A stretch of 64,000 nucleotides of DNA from Azolla caroliniana (Eukaryota > Plantae > Polypodiophyta), in the NCBI GenBank assembly GCA_043228905.1, contig JBHGNT010000004.1, forward strand, positions 19,468,001-19,532,000, read 5' to 3'. The notes under the pieces are model-generated. The model was not told where the DNA came from and searched no databases. It saw nothing but the letters and a program-made list of their open reading frames with translations. Both the position numbers and the translations under genes were made by a program. Shown in pieces: positions 62,464 through 64,000 of the stretch (position 1 is the stretch's first letter; every line of letters starts with the position of its first letter).

Positions 62464-63308
62464 GAGTTTGTGTTGCCAAATTGGAACTAACTCTTCACAA
62501 CCGCAACATGGAGTTGTAACCACTAAGTATTGACTTTCCATGTTGCATGCATAAATGCATGGCTACAATCTAACTAACAAAGTAGGCAAGTTTCCATAAA
62601 GGCGTCCATAACTGTGGAATTCTAATCACAAAGACTTGACTTCCTATGTGGCGTGAATAAATTGATGTACACAATGTATATGACATATGAGGCAACTCTC
62701 GATAAAGCCATGGACAAATTCATGTACACATTCTATATGAAATAGGAGCCAACATTGCACTCGTGACTATATTATGCAATGTCGATAATGAAAACCAATG
62801 ATATGCCAACTTCATACCCTGCCGAATTCAAAATCTAACAGTTTGCACACGTGAATGTACACTGAATTTTGGGGTCATTACTCGAATGTACGCGCAAGTC
62901 TCAACTATGATGACCTCGAATTTTAACCATTGAGTCGATTTTTTTTGCTCAAATTAATTATTATGGTTATTTACATTTGCAAACAATAATCCATGTACAC
63001 ATTCGATATGTAATATGCGTCAAGCCCCTCCGATAACATTGTCTAATGTCAAGCTTATTGTTTGTCGAGCTGAGGTCTCCATGACTGTAACGTAGACCTC
63101 TAACCAGTAAAGTAAAACCACAAAGTTCTTTTAAACCCTAAACAGTCTTGGTTGGGATAAACATTTGATAGGAATTTTTGTTGGGGATGGTTGGTCGTAT
63201 CTTTTTGCTCAAATTAAATTGTTAGGCTCCACGATATTTGTAACCAACTTCCTATCTTAAATCCATTAGGATTTGAAGTATCTTTACAAGTTCATATAGT
63301 CACAGTTT

Positions 63309-63384
63309 TGGTGTGGTTGCTGGGATTCGAGCCGAAGTCTCCACGGCCACAATGTGGAATTCTAACCACTAAACTACAACCACC
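63309..63384 (-). pseudogene. tRNA-His(GUG)-like copy with mismatched T and anticodon stems
   Basis: 76-nt match to 4023-4098 with about 4 substitutions; G-1 and CCA present. Confidence 0.75.
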
Positions 63385-64000
63385 AAGTTTGTGTTGCCAA
63401 ATTGGAACTAACACTTCACAACTGCAACATGGAATTGTAACCACTAAGTACTAACCTCCCCTATTGCATGCATAAATTCGTAGCTACACTCTATATAAAT
63501 TATTAGGCAAGTCTCCATAAAGGGTTTCATAAATATGGAACTCTAATCACTAAGACTTGACTTCCTATGTGGCGTGAATAAATTCATGTACATAATCTAT
63601 AGAACATATGAGGTAACTCTCCATAAAGCCATAGACAAATTCATGTGCACATTCTTTATGAGATAGGAGCCAAAATTACATTTGTTCCAATATTGTGCAA
63701 TGTGGAAAATGAAAACCAATGCTATGCCAACTTCATACCTTGCTGAATTCAAAATGTAACAGTTTTGACACGTAAATGTACACTAAATTTTGCGGTCGTT
63801 GATGGAATGTACACGCAAGTGTCGACTACAACGACCTCGAAATTTAACCACAGAGTCGATTTTTATGCTCAAATTAATTATTATGGTTATTGGCATTTGC
63901 AAACAATAATGAATCTACATATTCCATACGTAATATGCGTCAAGCCCCTCCAATAACATTGTCTAATGTCAAGCTCATTGTTTGTCGAGCTTAGGTCTCC

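Larger units (their letters stand above)
61726..64000 (-). repeat. tRNA-His-derived tandem satellite, block 3 (unit about 920 bp, runs off the window)
   Basis: Same units and orientation as 2025-4220. Confidence 0.92.

Overview
Eukaryotic, plant-type heterochromatin with no recognisable host protein gene. The mix of Tcn1-like chromoviruses, a tRNA-Trp-primed non-chromovirus Ty3 family and Tnt1/Tork-like copia suggests a non-seed plant such as a moss (inference). The backbone is two AT-rich tandem arrays built from tRNA sequences, all on the minus strand: a ~0.85-0.95 kb tRNA-His(GUG) satellite (about 2025-4220, 32134-32313, 61726-64000) and a ~1.0-1.27 kb tRNA-Arg(UCU) satellite (about 40515-49779). 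Nested LTR retrotransposons have invaded these arrays, and most junctions resolve to the base through TG...CA ends and target-site duplications. Copia A (4577-32133) contains Ty3 B, chromovirus D and chromovirus C, and C itself contains copia E. Also present are a tandemly duplicated copia F, a pol-less gag-only element G, copia H (containing a solo LTR and chromovirus I), a truncated element J with a PMD-like/coiled-coil ORF, an old Ty3 remnant and an L1-like LINE relic. The most notable signals are the tRNA-His units, which encode both G-1 and CCA like a reverse-transcribed mature tRNA, and the chromovirus family, which carries an antisense tRNA-type Pol III promoter at its LTR tip, a self-priming PBS and a conserved -1 frameshift cassette. 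All alignments were made by eye and no database searches were run.
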